DNA of 64,000 nucleotides from Spirochaetia bacterium (GCA_965203515.1 OZ241907.1:160001-224000), one strand, 5' to 3'; positions 54,891 to 64,000 are shown, counted from the stretch's first letter. Numbers and translations: made by a program. The notes: generated by a model from the letters alone, not told the origin.

Positions 54891-56093
54891 CTACTCCAAC
54901 TGCCAGCGGTCCGGCAGCGCGCCGGGCGTTACGGTCGCCGTCCACAGGCCGTGCCCGATGGTGAGCGCGAATACTCGCCGGCTGCTGCCCGCGATGACGG
55001 GATCGATCAGGAAGCTCCGGATGGAGGACTTGTAGATCGCTTCGGTGGTAAGCGGCAGCCGTTCCACCGTCAGGTCAGGGTCGAACCGGGCGGTGTAGTA
55101 GCCAAAGCCGTCCGTGCCGATCAGTATGGTGGCGCCTGCCGCGGCCATGCCCGCCAGCGGCACCGCCTGGTCTTCGGCCGTGATCTTGTCGTCCGGCGAT
55201 GACCACGTGCGGCCCGCGTCGGTCGAGTGCCACAGCGTGCCGGCGCTGCCCGATACGATCAGCCGGTTCGGGGCTGCGTGGAGCACCCCGCGGAAGGTTT
55301 CGGAGCCGGAAGGTTTCGGAGGGGTGCCCGATTTCGTCAAGCCGCCAAGCATGCCGGCATAGAGATCGCTGCCGGCGACCGCCCAGTAGGCGCCGTTGCC
55401 GTCGGCGGCGACTGCGGCGATCGGGCGGGTCAGCTCCAGCTCCTCCATCTCGACGGTAAAGTCGGGAGCGCCGCCGGCGGCTCGACGGAGAGCGCTGAGC
55501 AACCTGTAGGAGCGGTCCGCTTCCCGACCGTCGGCGACCACGACGAACAGCACCGATTCGTCCGCATCGGGGGTGAACAGGCCGACCACCTCACGGTCGC
55601 GCGCCAACCGATGGTCTACCGTGCTCCAGGCGATCGAGCCCGCCTCGACCTCGCTGGCCCGGAGCAGCGCAAAGGAAAGGTCGTCCTTGACGAACACCGC
55701 GCCCGCCAGCAACGACGGGTCGCCGCCGGATGGCCGCCACCGGACCAACGGCAGCAGCACGGCCTCTTTGCGGTCTCCGTCATACGTCGACGTCATCTGC
55801 GTCCAGGAGCCCGGGTCGTCAGCGGTGCCGACCGGCCGTGCCCACGTCTTGCCGGCGGCGACCACGTAGCGGTCGGCCCAGCGCACGACTCCGCCGATCG
55901 CCAGGTCATTCGGCAGGTTGCGGTCGACCGGCGGGTCCTGTTGCGCCACGTGGTGGAAGATGCCGGTGACCGGCTCCTCGCAACCCGCCAGCATGAACGC
56001 CGTCGCGAACGCCAGCGCGGCGGCCGCGATCGGCGGCGCGAGGCGGATGCCCCGCCGGTGCGTGTCGGTCGTTCGATGCCGCTTCCCTGTCAT
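54891..56093 (-). CDS. Beta-propeller lipoprotein, TP0136-like
   Basis: Lipobox LAGC then TGIF...IGGVVRW..YVVAAGKTW...GSW, resembling my recollection of the T. pallidum TP0136 N-terminus; BNR-like STDAGRTW. Confidence 0.65.
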   Translation of the reverse strand: MTGKRHRTTDTHRRGIRLAPPIAAAALAFATAFMLAGCEEPVTGIFHHVAQQDPPVDRNLPNDLAIGGVVRWADRYVVAAGKTWARPVGTADDPGSWTQMTSTYDGDRKEAVLLPLVRWRPSGGDPSLLAGAVFVKDDLSFALLRASEVEAGSIAWSTVDHRLARDREVVGLFTPDADESVLFVVVADGREADRSYRLLSALRRAAGGAPDFTVEMEELELTRPIAAVAADGNGAYWAVAGSDLYAGMLGGLTKSGTPPKPSGSETFRGVLHAAPNRLIVSGSAGTLWHSTDAGRTWSSPDDKITAEDQAVPLAGMAAAGATILIGTDGFGYYTARFDPDLTVERLPLTTEAIYKSSIRSFLIDPVIAGSSRRVFALTIGHGLWTATVTPGALPDRWQLE

Positions 56094-56098
56094 CTGCG

Positions 56099-56722
56099 TC
56101 AGAAGTGGTAGACGATCTGTGGCGAGATATCGATGAAGGTCGTCAGACCCGCGCCCGATCCCGATCGCGGCGTACCCCAGATCGGTTCGAACATCAACCA
56201 TGCGCTGACCGATCCGCCGAACGACCAGTTCCGGTCGTACCGGTAGTAGATCGATGCGCCGGGCCGCAGGGTCACGTTCACGTTGAACAGGTCGGCAAGC
56301 TTCATGAAGCCGATGCCGGCGTTGACGAAGATCGGCAGGTCGAACCGGCCCAGGCCGAACAGGTCGGCGGTGAACAGATAGCTGAGCCGGGCCGTCACGG
56401 GAACCATCAGCAACGGCTCGCCGTGCCGGTCGATCGCGAACATGCCGCCCACCTCGGCGCCGATCGTCAGCCGAGGGTTGAGAAAGGCGTCCCACCGCAG
56501 GGACAGCTTGCCCCCCGGCGACAGATTCGTACCGGTGAGGTTGCGGCCGTCGACCGGAGCGGCCGGCAGGTAGGTGAACACCGGCAGCATCAGGCTGGCG
56601 CCCAGCGCCAGCATCTGATCACCCTGGACGAAGGTATCGGATGCCGGCTGTGACGCCTGCTGCGGCACGGCGTGGCCGATGGCGATCAGGCTGGCGAACG
56701 TCGCGATGAAGAACCGTTTCAA
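56099..56722 (-). CDS. Small outer-membrane beta-barrel, TP0733-like
   Basis: Signal peptide from TTG (MKRFFIA..), QGDQ, alternating beta-strands, C-terminal YHF beta-signal. Confidence 0.75.
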   Translation of the reverse strand: MKRFFIATFASLIAIGHAVPQQASQPASDTFVQGDQMLALGASLMLPVFTYLPAAPVDGRNLTGTNLSPGGKLSLRWDAFLNPRLTIGAEVGGMFAIDRHGEPLLMVPVTARLSYLFTADLFGLGRFDLPIFVNAGIGFMKLADLFNVNVTLRPGASIYYRYDRNWSFGGSVSAWLMFEPIWGTPRSGSGAGLTTFIDISPQIVYHF

Positions 56723-56733
56723 GGCTGCGGCGC

Positions 56734-56762
56734 AGTATAGCGCGGCATGGCTGCGGTATCCA
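56734..56762 (-). promoter_or_regulatory. sigma70-type promoter for the OMP-lipoprotein operon
   Basis: Minus strand TGGATA-N17-TATACT, 11 nt before TTG 56722. Confidence 0.55.
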
Positions 56763-56771
56763 GTCCGCAAA

Positions 56772-56795
56772 CCGGCCGGCCGGCCGGCCGGCCGG
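56772..56795. repeat. (CCGG)6 palindromic microsatellite between divergent promoters
   Basis: Six perfect CCGG units read directly. Confidence 0.9.
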
Positions 56796-56871
56796 GATCG
56801 GCCTGCCGCGCATCGCCGTCGTAGCCCCGCCGGCCTGCCCTTGGTATATTGCCGGGTATGAGGGTACGCGC

Positions 56872-57207
56872 ATGAATGACATCGTCCCGCGGGAGAACCT
56901 GTCGAAACAGGGAGTGGCCGGCTTCACGGCGGTCGCCGGCGGCGTCGGGCTGCTGGTGATGGCGGCGTCGGGAGTGCTCGGTTTCGTCATCGGCGGTGTG
57001 CTCACGGTCGCGGGCCTGGCGGTCGGTCTGCGCAGGGAGGATCGCCGACCGGGGCTGGTGATCGCCGGCGCCGGCGTGCTCGGCATCCTGTCCGCGGCGA
57101 TCGGCGGCTTCCCGGGCGTCATCCTGGGACTGGCCGGCGCCGGCCTGATCGCCTATGGCGGGCTGTCGATCTACCGGTTCATTCGCGGCCTGAAGACCCG
57201 GATGTAG
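56872..57207 (+). CDS. Small Gly-rich membrane protein of unknown function
   Basis: About 4 TMs; extended -10 TGGTATATT at 56842-56850. Confidence 0.8.
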   Translation: MNDIVPRENLSKQGVAGFTAVAGGVGLLVMAASGVLGFVIGGVLTVAGLAVGLRREDRRPGLVIAGAGVLGILSAAIGGFPGVILGLAGAGLIAYGGLSIYRFIRGLKTRM

Positions 57208-57286
57208 GGTTGCTTCCCCGCCGCCGAAATTAGAGGGGAGGGGGCCTCGCGCGACACCATCCCTGATGCCTCCTCGGGAGGCAAGG

Positions 57287-58420
57287 ATGGCGAACGGCGG
57301 CGTCGCGGTACCGGTACGGTGGCTGCTTGCCCTGGTGCTTGCGCCGGCTCTTGGCGTCGGGACGGCCTGCGCGGCCGACCTGGAAGCCGTGTGGGACGCG
57401 CAGTTGCGCGGCCGCCTGCATCACGCGCAACTCCTGCTGGCAGGCGGCGAGCCGGCGACGCCGGAGCATCGACTCGCCCTGGCGAGCGTGGCGCTCGAGC
57501 TGGGTGAACTGGACCGCGCGCAGGCAGCCCTGGAGCCGCTTGCCGGCGACGCCGGGCACCCGGACTATCCCCGCGCGGCGCTGCTGCTCGGGCGCCTCCA
57601 CCTGGCCGCCGGCAGAGACGGTGATGCGCGGCAGGCGTTCACGGCTTCCCTGGAACGGTCGGCCGAAGGGCCGTACGCGGCCGCCGCCTACTTGGCGCTC
57701 ATCCGGCTCGACCTGCACGCGGGTGCGTTCGACGACGCCGATGAGCGGTTGCACCGCCTCGCCGAGCTGGGTCCCTCACCTGAGTTGGAGATCGCCGCGG
57801 GGCTCCTGAGCCCGCACGGCGTGGCCGGTCCGGTCCGGCCGTTTCCGTCGCCGATCGGCCTGTTCGCGGCCGCGCGGTTGTCGGGCGAAGCGGAACCGCC
57901 GCTCCCGTCGCCCCGGCAGGCCGGCGCCGGACCGCTGGAGCCGGGCGCCGCCCGGAGCGGACAGCCGACCGCATCCGGGCTGCAACCGATCGCGCCGGCC
58001 GGGAGCCCGCCGCCGGCGGCCGATGAATCGGCCGAGGAATCGTCCGCCGCGCCCGCCGCCGCCGCGCCGCAGGCGGCGCCGAACGCCGGACCGGCGACAC
58101 CTCCGCCGCCGGGACTCCGTGCGGCCGCCGTCGCCGTGGACGGTGCCGGCGTCGCTGGTGCCGGCGTCGCTGATGCCGGCGGCGGCGCGCGGTTCACCCT
58201 CCGGCTCGGCTCGTTTCGGGATCGGGTCAACGCCGAGCACATGATCAAGGCGCTCACGGATGGCGGCTTTCCGGCCCGCATGCGGCTGAACGGCGACTAC
58301 CATTGGGTGCTGGTCGGCGCGGCGGCCAGCCGTCAGGAGGCCGAGTCGCTGCTGAAGCGTCTGCAAGCGATCGGCTATGACGGCGACGTCATTCCGTATC
58401 CTGCGGACGCCGATCGATGA
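57287..58420 (+). CDS. TPR plus SPOR-domain cell-envelope protein
   Basis: Signal peptide, TPR-like helices, Pro/Ala linker, SPOR motif FTLRLGSFRDRVNAE..WVLVG; SD GGAGG. Confidence 0.85.
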   Translation: MANGGVAVPVRWLLALVLAPALGVGTACAADLEAVWDAQLRGRLHHAQLLLAGGEPATPEHRLALASVALELGELDRAQAALEPLAGDAGHPDYPRAALLLGRLHLAAGRDGDARQAFTASLERSAEGPYAAAAYLALIRLDLHAGAFDDADERLHRLAELGPSPELEIAAGLLSPHGVAGPVRPFPSPIGLFAAARLSGEAEPPLPSPRQAGAGPLEPGAARSGQPTASGLQPIAPAGSPPPAADESAEESSAAPAAAAPQAAPNAGPATPPPPGLRAAAVAVDGAGVAGAGVADAGGGARFTLRLGSFRDRVNAEHMIKALTDGGFPARMRLNGDYHWVLVGAAASRQEAESLLKRLQAIGYDGDVIPYPADADR

Positions 58421-59876
58421 TCGGCTGGTTCTGGTTCAGGAGCAGCACCGGCGCCGCGGCGGCGGCGACGGTCGAGCCGGCCTCGACGCGCGTCAGCCGC
58501 AGCGAGCGCTCGATCCGCTGCGATGACTCGATCTCGTCGTAATCGACCAGGTAGGTGAGATAGCCCCGGTGCTCGCCGCGCGGACCGACGAACTTCATGG
58601 AGAGTACGCGGCCGCGCAGCGCGAACCCACCGGCAAGGACGGCGTCCCCATCGGTCCACTCGAACCGGTCGTCCGCAAAGTCGATCGAGAGTCCGTCAGC
58701 CGATCGGTAGCGACCGCTCAGCACCGCGATCGCGTCCGGCTCCTCGTCTGCGGCCAGCAGCACGTCCTGCTCGCCCTGCGTCAGCCGCCGGTACGCAGCG
58801 CGGCTGCGGTCGTGCGGATCCGAGCCGCGAGCTTCGACCCGGATCTCCGCGGCCGATTGCGCTTCGATGCTGAAGGTCTTGCCGATCGCCTCGATCGTCA
58901 GGTTACGCGCCCACACGTCCAGGTGCGCGACGAGCGGACGGTGCGACACCACCCATTCGAACTGCTCCAGTATCTCGCCGTCGTAGACGGAGATCAGCCG
59001 CTCGTCGGCGGCGAAGACGAGCAGCTCGCGCCGGTTGCTGCCGTCGAGGGTGCTCGACGGGACGTCGCGATACCACGGTCCGGCCAGAAACGCCTCGTAC
59101 GGCTCGATGCCCGGGCTTGCGTACAGCTCGGCAAGCGGCGCTTCGGGATCGACGGGCGCGGTGATCGGATCCGTGCGGCGCCGCACGTACTCGCCGCGCT
59201 CGGCGTTCCACGCATAGGTGACCCGCAGCAGGTCCAGGCCGCTCTCCGACTCCGGGGCCTTCACGCGCGCGATGAGCGGCACGGCCGCCGCGGCGTCCGC
59301 GCGCGCTGCACCGCCGGCATCGCCGATCTCCAACGTGCCGTGAGCCACGATCCGGGCGATCGTCCGGTACGTCGCGGACGTCCCGCCTTCGGCCGGCGTC
59401 CGCCGGTAGGCGTCGAGCGTCTGCCGGTCGTCACCGGCCGTGCCGCGTACGACGATCTCCGGGCCCGGATCGCCCACCAGGTCGATGAGGGTGATCTGCA
59501 GGGTGTCCGGGTTGAGCGCCTGCGTGACCGCTTCCCAGATCATCTCCCAGCTCTCCCCGTCGTGCCGGTAGTCGATCACGCCCACGTGGATCGGGCTGCC
59601 GGTGGAGCCGGCGGCGCGGAAGGCCACGATCTGCTCCCGGTTGGGATCGTCGTCGAGCGATGCGGTGAGCAGCGCCAACCGCTCGAGTTCGGCCCCGAGC
59701 GGCACGCGTGACCGTGCCTCGCCGGCCTCCGCAGCGTCGGCCATGCCGTCCGCCGGGGCATCCGCGGCGACCGCCGGCAGCGCCGCGGCGTCCGGTGCTG
59801 ACCGCGCGGCGCCGCACGCGCTCAGCGCGGCGACCGCCGCCCCGATCAGCAGCGCCGCCAGCCATGATCGCGCCAT
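58389..59876 (-). CDS. Lipoprotein, pallilysin-related adhesin family (tentative)
   Basis: Lipobox LSAC; RVPL...SLDDDPNREQI, DLVGD..EIV, YAWN, FLAGPWYR motifs as I recall them for this spirochete family. Confidence 0.6.
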   Translation of the reverse strand: MARSWLAALLIGAAVAALSACGAARSAPDAAALPAVAADAPADGMADAAEAGEARSRVPLGAELERLALLTASLDDDPNREQIVAFRAAGSTGSPIHVGVIDYRHDGESWEMIWEAVTQALNPDTLQITLIDLVGDPGPEIVVRGTAGDDRQTLDAYRRTPAEGGTSATYRTIARIVAHGTLEIGDAGGAARADAAAAVPLIARVKAPESESGLDLLRVTYAWNAERGEYVRRRTDPITAPVDPEAPLAELYASPGIEPYEAFLAGPWYRDVPSSTLDGSNRRELLVFAADERLISVYDGEILEQFEWVVSHRPLVAHLDVWARNLTIEAIGKTFSIEAQSAAEIRVEARGSDPHDRSRAAYRRLTQGEQDVLLAADEEPDAIAVLSGRYRSADGLSIDFADDRFEWTDGDAVLAGGFALRGRVLSMKFVGPRGEHRGYLTYLVDYDEIESSQRIERSLRLTRVEAGSTVAAAAAPVLLLNQNQPIIDRRPQDTE

Positions 59877-59940
59877 AGCGTGACCACCTTATCGGAACCG
59901 GCTTGCCCGAACAGGGCGCCGGACCGCTCGGTGCGTTTTG

Positions 59941-59999
59941 AAAGGGCTCATTTTGGGAAATGCGCCCTTTTGACAGGTCGGCGGAACGGCTTGCACAGT
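59941..59999 (+). promoter_or_regulatory. purB promoter with adjoining inverted repeat
   Basis: AAAGGGCTCATTT-N4-AAATGCGCCCTTT (12/13 match), then TTGACA-N18-CACAGT, 5 nt before ATG 60005. Confidence 0.55.
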
Positions 60000-60004
60000 G
60001 AGGC

Positions 60005-61483
60005 ATGAGCGCCGAAAGCGGCGAGAGCAGGAGCCTCTTCCGCAACCTCTCGCCGCTCGATCACCGCTATTACCTGGAGAACCGGGAGCCGTTCGACCGG
60101 CTGGCCGATTTCCTCAGCGAGGAGGCGGCGGTGCGCTACTACGCGCGCGTGGAGGTCGCGCTGCTGCGCCAGCTCATGTGCATGCTTCCCGCCGCGATAC
60201 GGCCCGCGGCGCCGGACCGCGCGGCCTTGGAGCGGCGGCTCGACGCGGTCGTCGATGCGATCGATCCGGCCGAGGTCCACGCCGAGGAAGAGACCACCCG
60301 GCACAACCTGCGCGCGGTGGTGCGCGTGTTGCAGCGGCTCCTGCCGGAGTCGGCGCGCCATCTGGTTCATCTGGGCGCGACCTCGTTCGACATCCAGGAT
60401 ACCGCGACCGCGCTGCGCGTCGGCGGCGCCGTCCGCGCCGTCGTGCTGCCGCTGCTGCTCGATCTCGCCGATCGTCTGGCGGACATGGCGGAAGAGGAGT
60501 CGGCGACGCTGCAGATCGGGCGGACGCACGGCCAGCACGCGGTCCCGATCACCTTCGGGTTCGCGGTCGCCTCGTTCGTGGCGCGGCTCGACGACGTGCT
60601 GCCCCGCATCCTGCAGGCCGCCGACGGACTTCCCGGCAAGCTGTCCGGCGCCGTCGGCGCGTACCACGCCACCGCGCTGCTGGTCGGCGATCCGCTGGAG
60701 CTGGAGCGGCGCGTGTTGGCCGATCTCGGCCTGGCGCCGGCGGCGCACGCGACCCAGATCGTGCCGGCGGAGCCGCTCGTCCGCCTGCTCCTGGAGATCA
60801 ACCTGGCGTTCGGGACGATCGCCAACCTGGCCGACGATCTGCGCAACCTGCAGCGGACCGAGATCGCGGAGGTGGCCGAATCGTTCGAAGCGGCGCAGGT
60901 CGGCTCATCGACCATGCCGCAGAAGCGCAATCCCTGGAACAGCGAGCACGTCAAGAGCCTGTGGAAGGCGTTCTCCCCGCGGCTCGGCACCCTCTTCATG
61001 GATCAGATCTCCGAACACCAGCGTGACCTGACCAACTCCGCGTCGGCCCGTTTCGTCGGGGAGTATCTGGCCGGCGTCGCCGCCGCGGCGAACCGGATGC
61101 TGCGCGTCGTCCGGTCGCTGCACGTCGACCGGGCGCGCATGGCCGGCGCCGTGCGCGCGAGCGGCGACGCGGTAGCGGCGGAGGCGGCCTACGTCGCGTT
61201 GGCTCGCGCGGGCGTGGCCGACGCGCACGAGGTGATCCGGCAGGCGGCGGCTGCGGCGCGCGCCGGCGGGGAGCCGCTGGCCGCGGCGCTCCGGCGCGAC
61301 CCGGCGCGCTGGGCGCTGCTGGAGGGCGCCGCGGTCGCGCCCGACGGGGCCAGCGCAGCGGATCTGCTGCGCGATCCCGGCCGGTATCGCGGGCGGGCGG
61401 CGGAACGGGCGCGCGCGGTGGCGGCGCTGCACCGCGAGCGGTCGGCCGCCCTGCGGCGGGCGCTGGCGGACCGAACCGCCTGA
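60005..61483 (+). CDS. purB: Adenylosuccinate lyase
   Basis: LSPLDHRY, HLGATS, GRTHGQHA, GAVG, GSSTMPQKRNP, HQRDLTNS. Confidence 0.95.
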   Translation: MSAESGESRSLFRNLSPLDHRYYLENREPFDRLADFLSEEAAVRYYARVEVALLRQLMCMLPAAIRPAAPDRAALERRLDAVVDAIDPAEVHAEEETTRHNLRAVVRVLQRLLPESARHLVHLGATSFDIQDTATALRVGGAVRAVVLPLLLDLADRLADMAEEESATLQIGRTHGQHAVPITFGFAVASFVARLDDVLPRILQAADGLPGKLSGAVGAYHATALLVGDPLELERRVLADLGLAPAAHATQIVPAEPLVRLLLEINLAFGTIANLADDLRNLQRTEIAEVAESFEAAQVGSSTMPQKRNPWNSEHVKSLWKAFSPRLGTLFMDQISEHQRDLTNSASARFVGEYLAGVAAAANRMLRVVRSLHVDRARMAGAVRASGDAVAAEAAYVALARAGVADAHEVIRQAAAAARAGGEPLAAALRRDPARWALLEGAAVAPDGASAADLLRDPGRYRGRAAERARAVAALHRERSAALRRALADRTA

Positions 61484-61489
61484 GTCGTC

Positions 61490-63034
61490 ATGGACACCAT
61501 TCTGGTGCTCGACTTCGGCGGACAGACCGCTCAGCTCATCTGCCGGCGCATTCGCGACGCCGGCGTGTTCAGCACCATCGTGCCCGGCGACGCGCCGCTC
61601 GACCGCAAGACGCTCCGCGACGTCAAGGGCATCGTGCTGTCCGGGTCGCCGCACTCGGTGTACGAGCCGTCGGCGCCGCGGCCGGACCGCGCGCTGCGCA
61701 CGGCGGGAGTACCGGTCCTGGGGATCTGCTACGGGCTGCAGCGGCTGGTCACCGATGCCGGCGGCCGGGTGGCGGCGGGGGAGACCCGCGAGTATGGGCG
61801 GTCGCGCATCCACATCCGCGCGCCGAGCCCGCTGTTCGACGGGGTGGCGGACGGCTTCGTATCGTGGATGAGCCACAGCGACGTGATCGAACGGCCGGCG
61901 GGACTCGCCACGGTGGCGGTATCGGAGCACGGCCATCCCGCCGCCATGCAGGACGGCGCGGGAACGTACGGCCTGCAGTTCCATCCGGAGGTCTCTCACT
62001 GCGAGTTCGGCGAGCGCATCCTGAGCAACTTCGCCGCCGGGGTGTGCGGGGCGCGGCGCGACTGGAACCTGGATCGATTCCTGGAGACGGTCGCCGCCCG
62101 CGTGCGGGGACAGGTCGGGGCCGCGCCGGTGGTGACGTTGATTTCCGGCGGAGTCGATTCGGCGGTGGTTGCGGCGCTGTTGCTGCGCGCGCTCGATCCC
62201 GGTCAGGTCTACCTGCTGTACGTCGACACCGGGCTGATGCGCGATGCGGAGACCGCAGAGGTGCTGGCCAGCCTGCGCTCGCTGGGCGCCGCCAACCTGC
62301 ACGCGGTCGATGCGTCGCCGCGCTTCTTCGCGGCGTTGGCCGGCGTCACCGATCCGGAGCGCAAGCGGTCGGTCGTGGGCGACGAGTTCGTCCGCGTGGC
62401 GGTCGATGAGATCGAACGGCTCGGCATCGCCGGCGCCTGCCTGGCGCAGGGAACGCTCTACACCGACCTGATCGAGTCGGGAAAGGGGGTGGGGGCGCGC
62501 GCCGACGTGATCAAGTCGCACCACAACGTACGCTCGCCCCTGATCGAGGCGAAGCGCGAATCCGGCGCGCTGGTGGAACCGCTGGCCGATCTGTACAAGG
62601 ACGAGGTGCGCCGGCTGGGCCGGCGGCTCGGCCTGCCGGCCCGCGTGGTCGACCGCCATCCGTTTCCCGGGCCGGGTCTGTCGGTGCGCGTCCTGGGCGA
62701 GGTGACCCGGGAGCGGTGCCGGACAGTACGCGCCGCCGACCGGATCCTGATCGAAGAGCTGCGCCGCCGCGGCCTCTACGACGCCATCTGGCAGGCGTTC
62801 TGCGTGCTGCTGCCGGTGCGGTCGGTGGGGGTCGCCGGCGACGTACGCCGTTACGGATCGGTGATCGTCATCCGCGCCATCACGTCGGAGGACGGCATGA
62901 CCGCCGACGTATTTCCGATGGCGTCGGACGATCTGTCGGCGATTTCGTCCCGCATTACCAACGCCGTCCCCGAGGTGGGACGGGTCGTGTACGACGTCTC
63001 CAGCAAGCCGCCGGCCACCATCGAGTGGGAATGA
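61490..63034 (+). CDS. guaA: GMP synthase (glutamine-hydrolysing)
   Basis: LDFGGQ, GICYG, QFHPEV, SGGVDS, IKSHHNV, HPFPGPGL, KPPATIEWE. Confidence 0.98.
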   Translation: MDTILVLDFGGQTAQLICRRIRDAGVFSTIVPGDAPLDRKTLRDVKGIVLSGSPHSVYEPSAPRPDRALRTAGVPVLGICYGLQRLVTDAGGRVAAGETREYGRSRIHIRAPSPLFDGVADGFVSWMSHSDVIERPAGLATVAVSEHGHPAAMQDGAGTYGLQFHPEVSHCEFGERILSNFAAGVCGARRDWNLDRFLETVAARVRGQVGAAPVVTLISGGVDSAVVAALLLRALDPGQVYLLYVDTGLMRDAETAEVLASLRSLGAANLHAVDASPRFFAALAGVTDPERKRSVVGDEFVRVAVDEIERLGIAGACLAQGTLYTDLIESGKGVGARADVIKSHHNVRSPLIEAKRESGALVEPLADLYKDEVRRLGRRLGLPARVVDRHPFPGPGLSVRVLGEVTRERCRTVRAADRILIEELRRRGLYDAIWQAFCVLLPVRSVGVAGDVRRYGSVIVIRAITSEDGMTADVFPMASDDLSAISSRITNAVPEVGRVVYDVSSKPPATIEWE

Positions 63035-63669
63035 CCCTGTACCTGTTGGCGGTGACGCCGCTCACCTTCTATGCGGCGTGCGCGCTGCTCCGTGATCGGT
63101 CGCCGGTCGTGCCGTTCGATCTGTGGCGGCGGTTCGCGCTCGGCGGGCTGCTGGCGCTCCCCGGTTACCTGGCGGTCGGTGTGGTGGGCGACTGGTTCGG
63201 TTCCTCCTATCGGCCCGCGGCGCTGTTCGTCCGGCTGACGACGATCCGTCATCTGGCGCCGGCCGTCACCGCCGCGGCCGCGGCGCTCGCGGTCGGGCTG
63301 TTGACGGCCCGCGGCGCGAGGCGCGCCGGCGAGGCGCCGGCGGGCCCGCTTGCCGCGCTTGCCGCCATGACCGGGTTCACCTCGATCTTCGCCGCCGCCG
63401 CGCTGGCGGCCGACGGGATGCCCCCGAACGGCATGCAGCTCCTGATCGTGCCGACGCTGCGCGCCGCGACGCTCGTCGTCCTGGTCCTCGCCTGGACGCG
63501 CCGCCGACGCCCGCTTGCGGCGGCGGCGATCGCCGCGTCCGCCGTGCTGTTGCCGGGGGCGGCTTCTTTCCTGCACGCGGTCGGCATGCACGCGCCGGTC
63601 GGGGTGCTCACCGGCGCGGCGGCCGCCGCCGGGGCCGCCGCGCTGCTGACCATGCGCGGCAGCGCGTGA
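63031..63669 (+). CDS. Hypothetical integral membrane protein
   Basis: ATGA overlap with guaA; multiple hydrophobic segments. Confidence 0.7.
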   Translation: MTLYLLAVTPLTFYAACALLRDRSPVVPFDLWRRFALGGLLALPGYLAVGVVGDWFGSSYRPAALFVRLTTIRHLAPAVTAAAAALAVGLLTARGARRAGEAPAGPLAALAAMTGFTSIFAAAALAADGMPPNGMQLLIVPTLRAATLVVLVLAWTRRRRPLAAAAIAASAVLLPGAASFLHAVGMHAPVGVLTGAAAAAGAAALLTMRGSA

Positions 63670-64000
63670 GGGGGCATCGCGCCTGCGCCGCCGCCGCGGC
63701 GCTCACGGCCGCGACGGCGGCCCTGACCGGCTGCGCCCGTGCCGCGACCGATCTGGTCTTCCTGGAACCGCCGCTCTGGGCCGCGCTCGACGGCGGCTCG
63801 CTCGCCGACCGGCTGGCGCCGGTGGGGCGGCAGACAGGCCGGCGCTTCGAGGTGCGCCGCGCGCGGTCCGACCGGGCGCCGGTGCGGGAGCTGGAGGAGC
63901 TGCTGGACGAGCGCCCCTATCGGGGCGTGGTGGTCGGCCCGCTGCTGGCGCTGGAGGTCGACCGGATTGCGCCGGCGTTTCCCGGGGTGGAGTTCGTGGC
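63666..64000 (+). CDS. Putative lipoprotein, 3'-truncated by the window edge
   Basis: GTGA overlap; MRGHRACAAAAALTAATAALTGC lipobox; frame runs to the window end. Confidence 0.65.
   Translation, partial: MRGHRACAAAAALTAATAALTGCARAATDLVFLEPPLWAALDGGSLADRLAPVGRQTGRRFEVRRARSDRAPVRELEELLDERPYRGVVVGPLLALEVDRIAPAFPGVEFV

Noticed and set aside
58389..58420. Short convergent overlaps (SPOR/adhesin 32 bp; rluD/MBL 23 bp)
   Set aside because: Small tail-to-tail overlaps are common in compact high-GC genomes

Overview
A very GC-rich, gene-dense core-chromosome segment, most likely from a Spirochaetota bacterium. This is inferred from Treponema/Borrelia-like gene order (mltG-dnaG-rpoD-zinc-ribbon-rnpB-TPR-mreBCD-mrdA-rodA; uvrA-lptD; pgk-tpiA-secG; PPIase-nusB-map-htrA) and from proteins resembling spirochete-restricted families (TP0733-like OMP, TP0136-like lipoprotein, pallilysin-related adhesin). 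It carries three tRNAs (Thr-TGT, Tyr-GTA, Val-TAC), a long (~468 nt) RNase P RNA, a complete F-type ATP synthase operon that looks Chloroflexota-like, pdxST-yggS, a putative metal-permease operon, a stand-alone OleA/PpyS-type ketosynthase and purB-guaA. No CRISPR array, transposase, integrase or prophage was seen. The most unusual signals are in the gene junctions. Several short spacers are exactly spanned by tiny 'relay' ORFs that start on the upstream stop codon and stop on the downstream start codon, and some of these were visibly made by tandem duplication of the junction. There are also many near-leaderless promoters, pervasive 15/18-bp in-frame micro-tandem repeats (including a 9x GVAVP insert in PGK) and a 190-bp antisense overlap of rodA with mazG. 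Family assignments come from motif recognition only; no database searches were run.
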